From NCBI GenBank assembly GCA_964514585.1, contig CAZETU010000005.1, positions 1-64,000 on the forward strand: 64,000 nucleotides of DNA, read 5' to 3'. The notes beneath the pieces were generated by a model. That model did no database searches and was not told the DNA's origin. It worked only from the letters and a program-made list of their open reading frames with translations. This document shows positions 10,397 to 19,899 of the stretch, piece after piece. The position numbers and the translations under genes are program-made. This DNA comes from Candidatus Woesearchaeota archaeon (GTDB lineage: Archaea > Nanobdellota > Nanobdellia > Pacearchaeales > GW2011-AR1). Each line of letters starts with the position of its first letter. Position 1 is the first letter of the stretch.

Positions 10397-10413
10397 CAAG
10401 TTACGCAGGTTAA
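10397..10413 (+). repeat. att-like site 2 (17-bp core of cdc48 3' end)
   Basis: CAAGTTACGCAGGTTAA, within a 7-bp inverted repeat AATTAAC-N13-GTTAATT (10389-10415). Confidence 0.8.
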
Positions 10414-10443
10414 TTTTATATAGATCTTTTATCTCAATAAAAC

Positions 10444-10889
10444 ATGGTGATATTCTACGAAACAAAAAACTTCATAGTTGAAGCCCACGACAATCCCCAT
10501 ATTACCAGAACTGACGGAGGGCATATTAAAATTACCCCAAAGAAACCTGTTGAAAATCGGTGGCAACTAAAACCAAGAGAAGCAACAGAATTAATGAAAC
10601 TCTCTATGCTTATTGGAGAGGCTATGAAAAAGGCATTAAACAAACGAGGAATTCCTGTAGAAAGAATAAATTTTCAAGAAAATGGTAATTGGCCATTCAA
10701 ACAAAACAAGACGTTGCCGTTACACCTACATCTTTACGGACGTGCAAAAATTCTAAATATCAAAAAAGAGGCGAAGCATTATATTTCCCCACAGAAGGTT
10801 CAAAATATTACAAAAAATTAAAGCCACTCAATAAAGAAGATATAAAAGAAATATTAAAGCAAATAAAAATAATTTCTAAAAGAAAATAA
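10444..10889 (+). pseudogene. HIT-family protein, frameshifted near 10745-10750
   Basis: HITRTDGGHIKI and LHLHLYGR motifs; the C-terminus (NSKYQKRGEALYFP..) continues in another frame after an A5 run. Confidence 0.7.
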
Positions 10890-10918
10890 TCAAATCATCA
10901 TACATTACAAGTTACAAC

Positions 10919-11665
10919 CTAATCATCAGGACAACTATCCCACATAAATTGAAAGAATTTTCTATAACCATCGGCTAATGCCTTGGATTTCATAACAAAC
11001 ATCAACGGCTCATCATAAAGTTCTCCAGGCTTAACCCCAACAAAAGTAACCACATAAGGACCAAATATATCAACAGCAGTAGAGCTAGAATATTTCTTAG
11101 GCATAAATTTGTAAGGCTTCCCCGCCAATTTTAATATCTCCGGCTTTTCCTCCTTTATTTCATGATCAAATAAATGCTTAAACTTAATTCCCTTCGCCTT
11201 CCTATCTCTTTCAAACATTGGCAAAAAATGCTTCAATCTTTCATCCAACCAAAAAGCCTTAGCTCCAATAAAATAAACCGTTTCCCCAGTATCAATAATA
11301 TCTTTAAGGTAATTCTTAAACCCCTCAATCCCTCTATAAAAATAAGCCTCTTCTTTTGCCTGCGTTATCGAAAACTTACTCTCCATTTCAGGAATTTTTT
11401 CATTTATCTTTTCTTCTTTTTCTTTTATCAACTCCAATAGTCGTCGAGGATTTACCGCTTTAAACCTTTTTTCTCCTTTAATAAATATCTCCGAAGCAAG
11501 ACCTTTCTCTATCAACTTACTCAAGGAATCATAAACATTTCTCCTATGAACCCCCGACCTATTTGATATCGACTGAACAGATACTTCCCCAACTTTCAAT
11601 AAGGTTTCGTATACTTTTGCCTCATTGCTACTTAAGCCCGCCTCTTTCAATGTTTCTTCATACAT
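10919..11665 (-). CDS. TrmB-family transcriptional regulator
   Basis: GLSSNEAKVYETLL..SGVHRRNVYDSLSKLIEKGL wHTH plus C-terminal effector-type domain. Confidence 0.85.
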   Translation of the reverse strand: MYEETLKEAGLSSNEAKVYETLLKVGEVSVQSISNRSGVHRRNVYDSLSKLIEKGLASEIFIKGEKRFKAVNPRRLLELIKEKEEKINEKIPEMESKFSITQAKEEAYFYRGIEGFKNYLKDIIDTGETVYFIGAKAFWLDERLKHFLPMFERDRKAKGIKFKHLFDHEIKEEKPEILKLAGKPYKFMPKKYSSSTAVDIFGPYVVTFVGVKPGELYDEPLMFVMKSKALADGYRKFFQFMWDSCPDD

Positions 11666-11758
11666 AAAATTACAAACAAAGCCCCACTTAAAAATATTTC
11701 TATTGTGGTGGCAATAACCACCGCCATCCCTTATAAGAAAGTAATAATGTAATAATAT

Positions 11759-11938
11759 ATGGAAAACAAAAAATCCAATAGGAAAGAATGGAGTAGATTA
11801 GATTCAATCTCCTTTAGGGGAGAAAGAGAAGTCTGGAATAAATTTCTTTCAGTCATAAAAAGAAAAGGAAAAAAGAACGCCTGGGAAGTATTGGGCAAAC
11901 TTGTTCAAGAATATCTAAAGATAGGAGCCAAAGAATAA
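11759..11938 (+). CDS. Small ribbon-helix-helix-like protein (59 aa, absent from ORF track)
   Basis: Hand translation MENKK..SISFRGEREVWNKFLSVIKRKGKKNAWEVLGKLVQEYLKIGAKE; stop abuts the SSS start codon. Confidence 0.55.
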   Translation: MENKKSNRKEWSRLDSISFRGEREVWNKFLSVIKRKGKKNAWEVLGKLVQEYLKIGAKE

Positions 11939-13363
11939 ATGGCATTTATATCACAATCAGCAGGCTATTGGTTTTTACTAATATTTGGACTAGTAATGAT
12001 ATTAGTCACATATTTTTTTAGTAGAAGGAAAAAGTCTTCCACAAAAGAAGGATTCTTAGTCGCAGGGAGAAAAGTCGGATGGTTTCTCGGAGGTTCAAGC
12101 ATAGCAGCTTCTTGGATTTGGGCACCAGCTCTTTTCGTCTCAGTTCAACTAGCTTATCAAAAAGGCTTGGCGGGAATTTTCTGGTTTACAGTTCCTAATA
12201 TATTCGCCTTAGCCATATTCGCATTCCTAGCTCCAACAATCAGGAAAAAAATGCCAGAGGGATATACCTTACCACAATACATCAAATATAAACTCAACAG
12301 CGAGAAAGCCCACAAAGTCTACCTCTTCCCCTACCTCTTCTACCAACTCATGGCAGTCACCGTCCAAATCTTTGCAGGAGGAAGCTTAATTTATTTACTA
12401 ACTGGTATACCCTTAATTATAGTCATGCCAATACTTTTAGTCATAGCCCTAGCATATACATATATCTCCGGGCTCGAAGCATCAATCATAACAGACTTTG
12501 TACAAATGACACTAATCTTCATAATAGGATTAATAATTCTTCCACTAACATGGTCTGCAGCAGGAGGCTTCTCAGCAATAACCGCAGGCTTAGGTGGGCT
12601 ATCAGGAATCAAAAATGTATTCGACCCAGGAATTGCATTCTCACTAGGAATAGTAACCTCAATAGGTTTAATCTCTGGAGCTATTTCAGACCAGCAATAT
12701 TGGCAAAGAGCATTTTCAATAAAAAAAGGACATTTATCAAAAGCATTCATATTCGGAGCAATCCTATTCGAAATAGTCCCAATCGCATTATCCACTTTAG
12801 GATTTTTAGGAGCAAACCCCGCTCTAGGGATCACCCTCCCAGAAGGAGTTGACGCCTCAATGATTGGAGTCCAAACAGTTGCTACATTACTACCCACTTG
12901 GGCAGTATTCTTATTCGTAATAATGTTACTAGCAGGATTGAGCTCAACTTTAGATTCAGGATTATCAGCCACAAGCTCATTATGGGTAACAGACGTCACC
13001 AAACCAAAAACAGACAAAGAAGCAATCAGCTCAGCAAGAAAAGCAATGTTCGGAGTTTCTATTCTAGGACTATTAGTAGCACTAGCGGTTGTTTACATTC
13101 CGCAATTCGGGCTCTTCCATTTATGGTGGATATTCAATACAATAGCTGCCTGCGTCGTCATTCCTACAATACTAAGTCTATACTGGAACAGATTAAGCGC
13201 AAAAGGAGTTTTGTACGGCGTCCTAATAGCATTCTTCGTAGGACTACCCCTATTCATCTACGGAAACATAATCGCAAATGATTTTTGGATCGTAGGCTCG
13301 TCATTATTCATAATCGCAGTAAGTACCCCATTCTGCTTATTGATACCTAAAAATAATTTCTAA
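11939..13363 (+). CDS. Sodium:solute symporter (SSS), DUR3/urea-transporter-like
   Basis: About 13 TM segments; FLVAGR, ASWIWA, GLEASIITDFVQ, DQQYWQRAF, SSTLDS motifs. Confidence 0.85.
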   Translation: MAFISQSAGYWFLLIFGLVMILVTYFFSRRKKSSTKEGFLVAGRKVGWFLGGSSIAASWIWAPALFVSVQLAYQKGLAGIFWFTVPNIFALAIFAFLAPTIRKKMPEGYTLPQYIKYKLNSEKAHKVYLFPYLFYQLMAVTVQIFAGGSLIYLLTGIPLIIVMPILLVIALAYTYISGLEASIITDFVQMTLIFIIGLIILPLTWSAAGGFSAITAGLGGLSGIKNVFDPGIAFSLGIVTSIGLISGAISDQQYWQRAFSIKKGHLSKAFIFGAILFEIVPIALSTLGFLGANPALGITLPEGVDASMIGVQTVATLLPTWAVFLFVIMLLAGLSSTLDSGLSATSSLWVTDVTKPKTDKEAISSARKAMFGVSILGLLVALAVVYIPQFGLFHLWWIFNTIAACVVIPTILSLYWNRLSAKGVLYGVLIAFFVGLPLFIYGNIIANDFWIVGSSLFIIAVSTPFCLLIPKNNF

Positions 13364-13368
13364 AAAAG

Positions 13369-13394
13369 CAGCAGCGCAAGTTACGCAGGTTAAA
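13369..13394 (+). repeat. att-like site 3 (26-bp copy of cdc48 3' end)
   Basis: Exact match to 4094-4119. Confidence 0.9.
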
Positions 13395-13446
13395 GAGTAG
13401 ACGCCCCAACCACAACGACTGGAGATGTGTGTCTTTGGTGGGCGGA

Positions 13447-14391
13447 TTATTTAGGGATAAACTTCATAAAGTCTTCAAGAGTAAATTTATCAAGTCTCAT
13501 TACAACTTCAGAGTTTCTTTTTATACCTTTTTTCATACTAGGAGTTTCTTTTGGATGACTCTTTAAGTGTTCTATATACCAAGACAATATTCCAAAAAGT
13601 CTGTATTTCGCTAGGTAATAAATTGCTTTTCTCTCTTCATTATTTAACGCGAAGTATTTTGAATATTCTTTTAGGAATATTTTAGCCTTCATTCTTTGAA
13701 TTCTTTTTCTAGATAAGTAAAAATGTGCAATAAAGATTGCTGTATCATAGGCAATATAATCATAATCACTATCATCAAAATCTATTATGGATATTAGTTT
13801 CTTATTTTTTACCAACATGTTACCTTCACTAAGGTCTGAATGAATATATGAACTTCTTAATTTACTAAAGTTTAGCCCATTTAAATTTTTCAAAAGTTCA
13901 TTATATATTCCTTGAATTTTTTCTCCATCCTTTATGCTCTTAAAACTTCTTTTTTTATAAGAATGAGATTTATTTCCTTTAGAATATTTAGATTTTACCA
14001 GAGTTGAATGTAACTTCCCTATTTGTTTTCCCATTTCAATTGAGAGAGGGATCCCCATATCTTGTGCACTTTTTCCTTCAATGTATCTTTGAATGATATA
14101 ATATTTCTTACGGTAAGGTATTAATTCATTTCCCTTCTTATTTTTGATATTTTTTGCTACGGGGATTTTCTTAGAGTATAAGAAGTCAATATATTCTAAT
14201 TGGTTCAAATATGAATTTTTATTAATTTTTTTATTAATTTTTATTATATATTTACCTGTTGATGTATTTAGAATATACATATGATTATCATAAACTCCCT
14301 TCATATATGAATGAGATTTATACCTCCCTATTTTATAATTAGAGAGAATATCTACTATCTCTTTTCTGTTTAATTTTGAAAAAATCACCAT
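13447..14391 (-). CDS. APH / homoserine-kinase type II-like phosphotransferase
   Basis: YIIKIN, IGKLH, IHSDLSEGNML (HxDxxxxN) and IIDFDD motifs. Confidence 0.85.
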   Translation of the reverse strand: MVIFSKLNRKEIVDILSNYKIGRYKSHSYMKGVYDNHMYILNTSTGKYIIKINKKINKNSYLNQLEYIDFLYSKKIPVAKNIKNKKGNELIPYRKKYYIIQRYIEGKSAQDMGIPLSIEMGKQIGKLHSTLVKSKYSKGNKSHSYKKRSFKSIKDGEKIQGIYNELLKNLNGLNFSKLRSSYIHSDLSEGNMLVKNKKLISIIDFDDSDYDYIAYDTAIFIAHFYLSRKRIQRMKAKIFLKEYSKYFALNNEERKAIYYLAKYRLFGILSWYIEHLKSHPKETPSMKKGIKRNSEVVMRLDKFTLEDFMKFIPK

Positions 14392-14529
14392 TCAAATATT
14401 TAGGATTTAAGATATTTAAGATTATACATAAATGGAATATTCCAACCGTCGTTATTAAGCGTGTGTGATTTTGAAGGGTGGGCAGAATGGACAGTATCCA
14501 ACCGATAATAACAAAAAATTAATTTCTAG

Positions 14530-15438
14530 TTATCCCCCAGTAGTATTAACAACCTCTCCACCAGAAACAACAAAAGTATTCTCTTCCTGACTAACCGGCG
14601 CCTTACTCTTCTCAATCAACATCGGATAATGATGAAGTATACCCTGCTTAACCAATATAGCCAAAACAAATTTCAATTTACTAAATCCCTCTTTCACCAA
14701 CCACCTCAAACAAAACGGCCGCGTCTTATACTTATCCTTAATAAATTTCAAAACTGCGCGAGCGTCCCTATCACGAACATTATCATCACTCTGCAAAACA
14801 TAAATCCCACCTTCCTTTCCCTCATAAATATCCCCATCCCCCGTCGTCACAAACGGCTCAATCGCAAAAGCCATATCATCCAATTTTGTCTTATTATCAT
14901 TCCTATAATTAGAAATCGTCAACCCAGCATGAATCTGATCCTGTCCCAAAGTATGTCCCGACAAACTCTTAATCACAGCAAAAGAAGAACCATTCTTAGA
15001 ATTCCATTTCTCCAAAACATCCTGAACAGCATCGCCAATCTCACAAATTTCAAACCCAGGTTTAATCACACCAGTAGCCCTAGCCAACATCTCCTTATTC
15101 AATCCAATCATTTCCTTAAATTTCCCATCTCCAGTCAAGTCAATCGAAAAAGCCGTATCAGCAATAAACCCATCAACAGCAACCCCAACATCAACCTTAA
15201 GTATACCCTCGGCCACAGTTTCATCCCCAGGCACAGGAGTATAATGCGCAGCAATTTCATTCAAACTCAAGTTCACAGGAAACGCCGGTTCACCTCCAAG
15301 CTCCAAAATCTTCGCGTCAACTGCCTCAGCCACATCAATCAACTTAACCCCAGGATTAACAATACCCCGAACAAAATCCTTGATATCTCTAGCAATTTTC
15401 CCAGCCTTAATATACGAATTAACTTCATTCTGTTGCAT
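14530..15438 (-). CDS. map: Methionine aminopeptidase type II
   Basis: AFPVNLSLNEIAAHYTP, KVDVGVAVDGFIADTAFS, SGH, AIEPF, QEENT. Confidence 0.95.
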   Translation of the reverse strand: MQQNEVNSYIKAGKIARDIKDFVRGIVNPGVKLIDVAEAVDAKILELGGEPAFPVNLSLNEIAAHYTPVPGDETVAEGILKVDVGVAVDGFIADTAFSIDLTGDGKFKEMIGLNKEMLARATGVIKPGFEICEIGDAVQDVLEKWNSKNGSSFAVIKSLSGHTLGQDQIHAGLTISNYRNDNKTKLDDMAFAIEPFVTTGDGDIYEGKEGGIYVLQSDDNVRDRDARAVLKFIKDKYKTRPFCLRWLVKEGFSKLKFVLAILVKQGILHHYPMLIEKSKAPVSQEENTFVVSGGEVVNTTGG

Positions 15439-16099
15439 GTTCTCCTCCTATATTTACACCATTCAAAGTAATAATATCTTCCACCGCTCTTCTAACACGC
15501 CTAGCCGCAGCTTCTCCAGCATTGCCAAACATAGTTCTACCAGCACCAAGAGGAACCATTCGAACCAAATAAGACCCGGAATCAATCGAAGACGCATAAG
15601 AAGAGGGCAAAGCACTAACAAACAAATCACACCTTTCTCTAGAGACCTCATACTCTTCACTTGTATCAAAACCATCTCCCATAGTAACAGATCTAACTAA
15701 ATGACACAACCCCACATCATCTAAGGAACACCTCCTAGAAAAATTTACTGTACGATAAACTTCCCTACCCCTAGATACAACAGCTATAGGAGCTCTCTCA
15801 AGTTGCTTATCTGCCCTCGCCATAATAGGAAGCCCAAGCTCAAGAATAACATCGTTAGGAATATAAGTCGCCAAAACATCCTGTTCCATCTTCGCAGCCG
15901 CCGTTTTAATTAAAGTACGAAAAAGATCCCCATACCCCGTTCTAAGCTCTCGTAACCTTTCCTCAGTCGACCTTCTTAATGGCCCACCTATATCTGCATT
16001 AATTATTTTCTCATTATGGAATCTCGCATCCATCTCATCCAACTCACGCTCCGCTAAAAATTCTATTACATAGCTCCTAATCCTTTTCCCAATACCCAT
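15425..16099 (-). CDS. Hypothetical protein
   Basis: 224-aa ORF co-oriented with prs and map; no motif recognised. Confidence 0.6.
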   Translation of the reverse strand: MGIGKRIRSYVIEFLAERELDEMDARFHNEKIINADIGGPLRRSTEERLRELRTGYGDLFRTLIKTAAAKMEQDVLATYIPNDVILELGLPIMARADKQLERAPIAVVSRGREVYRTVNFSRRCSLDDVGLCHLVRSVTMGDGFDTSEEYEVSRERCDLFVSALPSSYASSIDSGSYLVRMVPLGAGRTMFGNAGEAAARRVRRAVEDIITLNGVNIGGEHATE

Positions 16100-16159
16100 A
16101 AAATTTCCACAAAAACAAATTATTTATACATTCCTATAAGTCTCTAAAGCAATCTCACA

Positions 16160-17128
16160 CTAACGAAACAACTCACTAACACTCCGCCCATGAGAAATCC
16201 GCCCAATCGCATCAGCAAACAAACCCACCAAAGAAATAACCTCAATTTTCCCAGTACCTATTTGCGGAATCGAATCAGTAACAATCACTCTCTCAAAACA
16301 AGAAGAACTAATTCTATTAACAGCTTCCCCACTAAAAAGCCCATGCGTCGCACAAGCCCAAATCCGCAAAGCCCCTTCCTCCTTCAAAACCTCTCCAGCC
16401 TTACAAAGCGTCCCAGCCGTATCAATCATATCATCAACCAAAATCACATTTTTTCCAGCAACGTCCCCAATCACCTTCATAGACCCAACAACCCCAGCCC
16501 TCTCCCTCGACTTATCAACAATCGCAACACCACATCCTAGCCGCTTCGCATAACTCTTCGCCATCTCCGCACTCCCAACATCCGGTGCAACAATGACAAC
16601 ATTGTTCAAAAAATTACTATACTTATCCTGAAGATATCCAATAATCGACAAATAAGCTCTCAAATTATCAAAAGGAATATCATAAGAACCCGTAATCGCA
16701 GGATTATGCAAATCAGTCGTAATCACTCCATTACATTCCATCCCAATCATCCGCGCAATAATCCCAGAACTAATCGGTGTCCTAGGCTCAGTCATCCGGT
16801 CCTGCCTCGAATACTTCATATAAGGCAAAACATTATGTACCTCCCTCGCAGAACTCCGAACCAACGCATCATTCACCTCGACAAGCGACATCGCCCAATC
16901 CTGCGCCCCCATCGACGAATCATGCACAAAAAAACAATTTTTATTCCGAACATTACAATCAATCTTCACAAAAATCTCACCATCATTAAATTTCCTAACA
17001 TCAACATGTCCCAAAAGATATTTCACTCGACGATTCGGATCAGCATTCAATTTCTCATAAACACTCTTCGTAAAATCCCAAGCCGCCCCATTAGGATCAG
17101 CCAAAATCAACACCTCGCGTGTATCCAT
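16160..17128 (-). CDS. prs: Ribose-phosphate pyrophosphokinase
   Basis: KFNDGE, PYMKYSRQDR, DLHN, VAPDVG, VDDMIDTAGTL. Confidence 0.95.
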   Translation of the reverse strand: MDTREVLILADPNGAAWDFTKSVYEKLNADPNRRVKYLLGHVDVRKFNDGEIFVKIDCNVRNKNCFFVHDSSMGAQDWAMSLVEVNDALVRSSAREVHNVLPYMKYSRQDRMTEPRTPISSGIIARMIGMECNGVITTDLHNPAITGSYDIPFDNLRAYLSIIGYLQDKYSNFLNNVVIVAPDVGSAEMAKSYAKRLGCGVAIVDKSRERAGVVGSMKVIGDVAGKNVILVDDMIDTAGTLCKAGEVLKEEGALRIWACATHGLFSGEAVNRISSSCFERVIVTDSIPQIGTGKIEVISLVGLFADAIGRISHGRSVSELFR

Positions 17129-17184
17129 ACCTTTAAACCAAAAATACCATATTTAAGTTTTATCAATCTCAATCATACATCTCA

Positions 17185-17598
17185 TTATTCTCTTTCACTA
17201 AACCCAGTTTCACGAATTGCCGCCCTAAGTAACTCCAAATCCTTTTCTTCTATACCCCTGGAATCATAAAAAAGAGACAACTCAGCATTCCACTCAAACG
17301 AATTCAATCCAACATGATATCTAACCCCACACATTTTTATTAAAACTTCTGAGGCGAAAATTTTATTGATATCACAAGAATACATTGAAGCATCATGGGT
17401 AATATGAAAATCACTAAGGACACTTCCCTCCTCGCTTTCAGAGACTACATTAAATTTACATTCATTCCCAATAGCTCTTCCAATTCTTCTTGGAAATGGA
17501 TTTCCTTCATAAGAGCGAAAATCAGCCTTAACCCCCTTTACTGAATATGTCTCTATAACTAAATTAGAATTTTCAGGTCTACTACTTCTCAATGTCAT
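17185..17598 (-). CDS. Hypothetical protein
   Basis: 137-aa AT-rich ORF filling the intergenic gap. Confidence 0.55.
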   Translation of the reverse strand: MTLRSSRPENSNLVIETYSVKGVKADFRSYEGNPFPRRIGRAIGNECKFNVVSESEEGSVLSDFHITHDASMYSCDINKIFASEVLIKMCGVRYHVGLNSFEWNAELSLFYDSRGIEEKDLELLRAAIRETGFSERE

Positions 17599-17642
17599 AA
17601 AAAATCAACCATATCTCCATTTATAAAAATTATTGTATTACA

Positions 17643-18149
17643 CTATATAATCCGCTCTTTCCGCCGTCTTTCCTTAGGCAAAAACCCAAACAACGTTTTT
17701 CCAGAATCCCCAATCTTCCCAGTCCCAACAAAATCTTTCCCAGACTTCACATTAACAAATTTCTTATCCATCCTAACAAACTCCTCACTCTGTTTCTCAT
17801 TCAACTCAACATTCTTTCCAGCAAACCAAGCAACCTCTTGTTCCTCCGTCAATTCCAAAACATTCTCCGTCAACTGATCTTTCCAAACATGCATCCCATC
17901 CAAACTCAACCGAACCTCACGAACCCCATTCCGATTCACCATATCCTTCCCAACATAAAGCCCAACACCCTCAATCGGCAAAATTCTCCAAATATCCCAA
18001 ATCTCCTCCGTCGACAAATGTCCAGAATACGCCCGAACCCTTTCGGTCCCAGTCTTAATTAACAACTCAGGAATCTTCCGCATCCCCAAATCACTAAGTC
18101 CCTCAATAAACTTTTTCTTCTTCGCCCTATCTAAAATATTTATCTTCAT
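17643..18149 (-). CDS. NIP7-like / PUA-associated ribosome-biogenesis protein
   Basis: GLYVGK..VRLSLDG motif; lies downstream of the NOP2-type methyltransferase. Confidence 0.55.
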   Translation of the reverse strand: MKINILDRAKKKKFIEGLSDLGMRKIPELLIKTGTERVRAYSGHLSTEEIWDIWRILPIEGVGLYVGKDMVNRNGVREVRLSLDGMHVWKDQLTENVLELTEEQEVAWFAGKNVELNEKQSEEFVRMDKKFVNVKSGKDFVGTGKIGDSGKTLFGFLPKERRRKERII

Positions 18150-18580
18150 ATCAGCTTACTCTCCTTAGCATCCCTAATTAGTTTCGAAGACGCCTGAATC
18201 TTATCACCAAGTCCATCTATAATTTTAATACCATGCAATTCACAAACTACATCTTCAGGAATATTACCAACATTCCTATCTCCACCCTTCGCAAAAATAT
18301 GAGGCTTAATAACAGCCAAAGATTTACAAACAGTAGCATCTTCATCAATACATTCAAAAACCTCGTCGACGACACCCAAAGATTCAACAATCTTAACTCT
18401 CTCCTTAAACGGCATAAACTCAACCCCTTTTTTCAAAATGGCCTGTTTATCATTATTCACAATAACAATCAACTTATCCCCAAGTTCCTTAGCTAACTCC
18501 AAACACTCAATATGTCCAACATGCAACGGGTCAAAATATCCCGACGCAACAACAATTATTTCTTTCCTTTCTTCTTCCAT
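18146..18580 (-). CDS. Cytidylyltransferase-family nucleotidyltransferase (TagD/RibL-like)
   Basis: ASGYFDPLHVGH (HxGH), AKGGDR, SS motif. Confidence 0.85.
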   Translation of the reverse strand: MEEERKEIIVVASGYFDPLHVGHIECLELAKELGDKLIVIVNNDKQAILKKGVEFMPFKERVKIVESLGVVDEVFECIDEDATVCKSLAVIKPHIFAKGGDRNVGNIPEDVVCELHGIKIIDGLGDKIQASSKLIRDAKESKLI

Positions 18581-19590
18581 TCATCCACCTCCCTTTCTTC
18601 CTCGCTAACCTTCCTAATCTTTGCAACAAAAAATCCATCAGTATTATTGTCCTGAGGATACAGCCTCAAGCATTTTTTACACTCCCCACTAAATTCCTTA
18701 TCTTCCCACTTAACCACACCCTCACGAAATTTCAAAGGCAACTTAATCTGCTCAACCTCAACATCAAAATTCTTAATCAAGTGATCAACCACCATCTCGT
18801 CCTCTTCTGGCGCCAAAGTACAAGTTGAATAAATCATCTCACCACCAACCTTCAAAAGTTTCATAGCAGCCTCGACCAACTTCCTCTGAGTCGATGCAAT
18901 TTTCTTAACCATATTCACATTCCACATCTGAAAAGTCCTAGGGCTTTTCCTCAACGTCCCCTCTCCAGAACACGGCGCATCAACCAAAATTTTATCAAAC
19001 TTCACCTGAGATTTTTTCAACAACCTCTCACAAAGCGCGACCCCTTCCTTCCGCGTCACAATCGTATTCATAACCCCACACCTCTCCAAATTAGAATTCA
19101 GTATACCAATCCTCCCCATGTTCATCTCATTCGCAATAATCGTCCCACCATTCTCCATCATAGCAGCAGCCTGCGTCGTCTTACTCCCCGGACTCGCACA
19201 TAAATCCAAAACCATCTCCTCAGCTTTCGGCTTCAAAACCAACATCGGCAACATCGAACTAATTTCCTGAACATAATAATACCCAAGCAAATGCTCCTTC
19301 GTCTTCCCCAACTCACCAGGATTCAACTTCGACTCAATAACCATCACCTCAGGAAATTCCTCAAACGGCTGCCGCAACTTCCACCCATAGCCCTCAAGTC
19401 TAGACTTCAATTCATCAACAGAAATTTTCAAAGTATTGCATCTAATTGAAATAGGCGTCGGCGTATAAGAAATCTCAAAAAATTCTTTAGCACCATCTTT
19501 GCCCAACAAAACTTCCATCCTCTGAACAAACCCTTCCTTCGGCGGAAATTTCTCTTTCAAATATTCAGAATAATCCTTTCTCTTATCCAT
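18556..19590 (-). CDS. RsmB/NOP2-family RNA m5C methyltransferase
   Basis: YYVQEISSM, DLCASPGSKT, DAPCSGEG, YSTCT; start moved to MDKRK. Confidence 0.93.
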   Translation of the reverse strand: MDKRKDYSEYLKEKFPPKEGFVQRMEVLLGKDGAKEFFEISYTPTPISIRCNTLKISVDELKSRLEGYGWKLRQPFEEFPEVMVIESKLNPGELGKTKEHLLGYYYVQEISSMLPMLVLKPKAEEMVLDLCASPGSKTTQAAAMMENGGTIIANEMNMGRIGILNSNLERCGVMNTIVTRKEGVALCERLLKKSQVKFDKILVDAPCSGEGTLRKSPRTFQMWNVNMVKKIASTQRKLVEAAMKLLKVGGEMIYSTCTLAPEEDEMVVDHLIKNFDVEVEQIKLPLKFREGVVKWEDKEFSGECKKCLRLYPQDNNTDGFFVAKIRKVSEEEREVDEWKKKGKK

Positions 19591-19635
19591 AATAAAATTT
19601 AGAAATGAAGGTATATATTTCTGTTGTTCCATTAA

Positions 19636-19693
19636 TTATGAATACATGCCCAAAACTAAACATTTAAATAGTTTAATGCATATATATTCATAA
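19636..19693 (+). promoter_or_regulatory. Two 20-bp imperfect palindromes flanking a TATA box upstream of the DUF134 operon
   Basis: TTATGAATACATGCCCAAAA (19636-19655), TTTAAATA (19663-19670), TAATGCATATATATTCATAA (19674-19693). Confidence 0.55.
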
Positions 19694-19715
19694 CTAAACA
19701 TGGAGGAAAAATACA

Positions 19716-19898
19716 ATGCCAAATAGAGACAAAACAGGTCCAGAGGGAAAAGGACCTAAGACTGGACGACAGATGGGCGACTGCGAAGGTGCAGAACCTA
19801 CTGGCGAAGAATTCGGACCAGGTGTAGGACTCGGAAGAGGCTTAGGTAGAGGCGCTGGAAGAGGCGCTGGCCGTGGACGAAGAGCAAGACAAAACTAA
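19716..19898 (+). CDS. DUF5320-like Gly/Arg-rich small protein
   Basis: MPNRDKTGPEGKGPKTGRQMGDC plus GRG repeats. Confidence 0.8.
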   Translation: MPNRDKTGPEGKGPKTGRQMGDCEGAEPTGEEFGPGVGLGRGLGRGAGRGAGRGRRARQN

Positions 19899-19899
19899 A

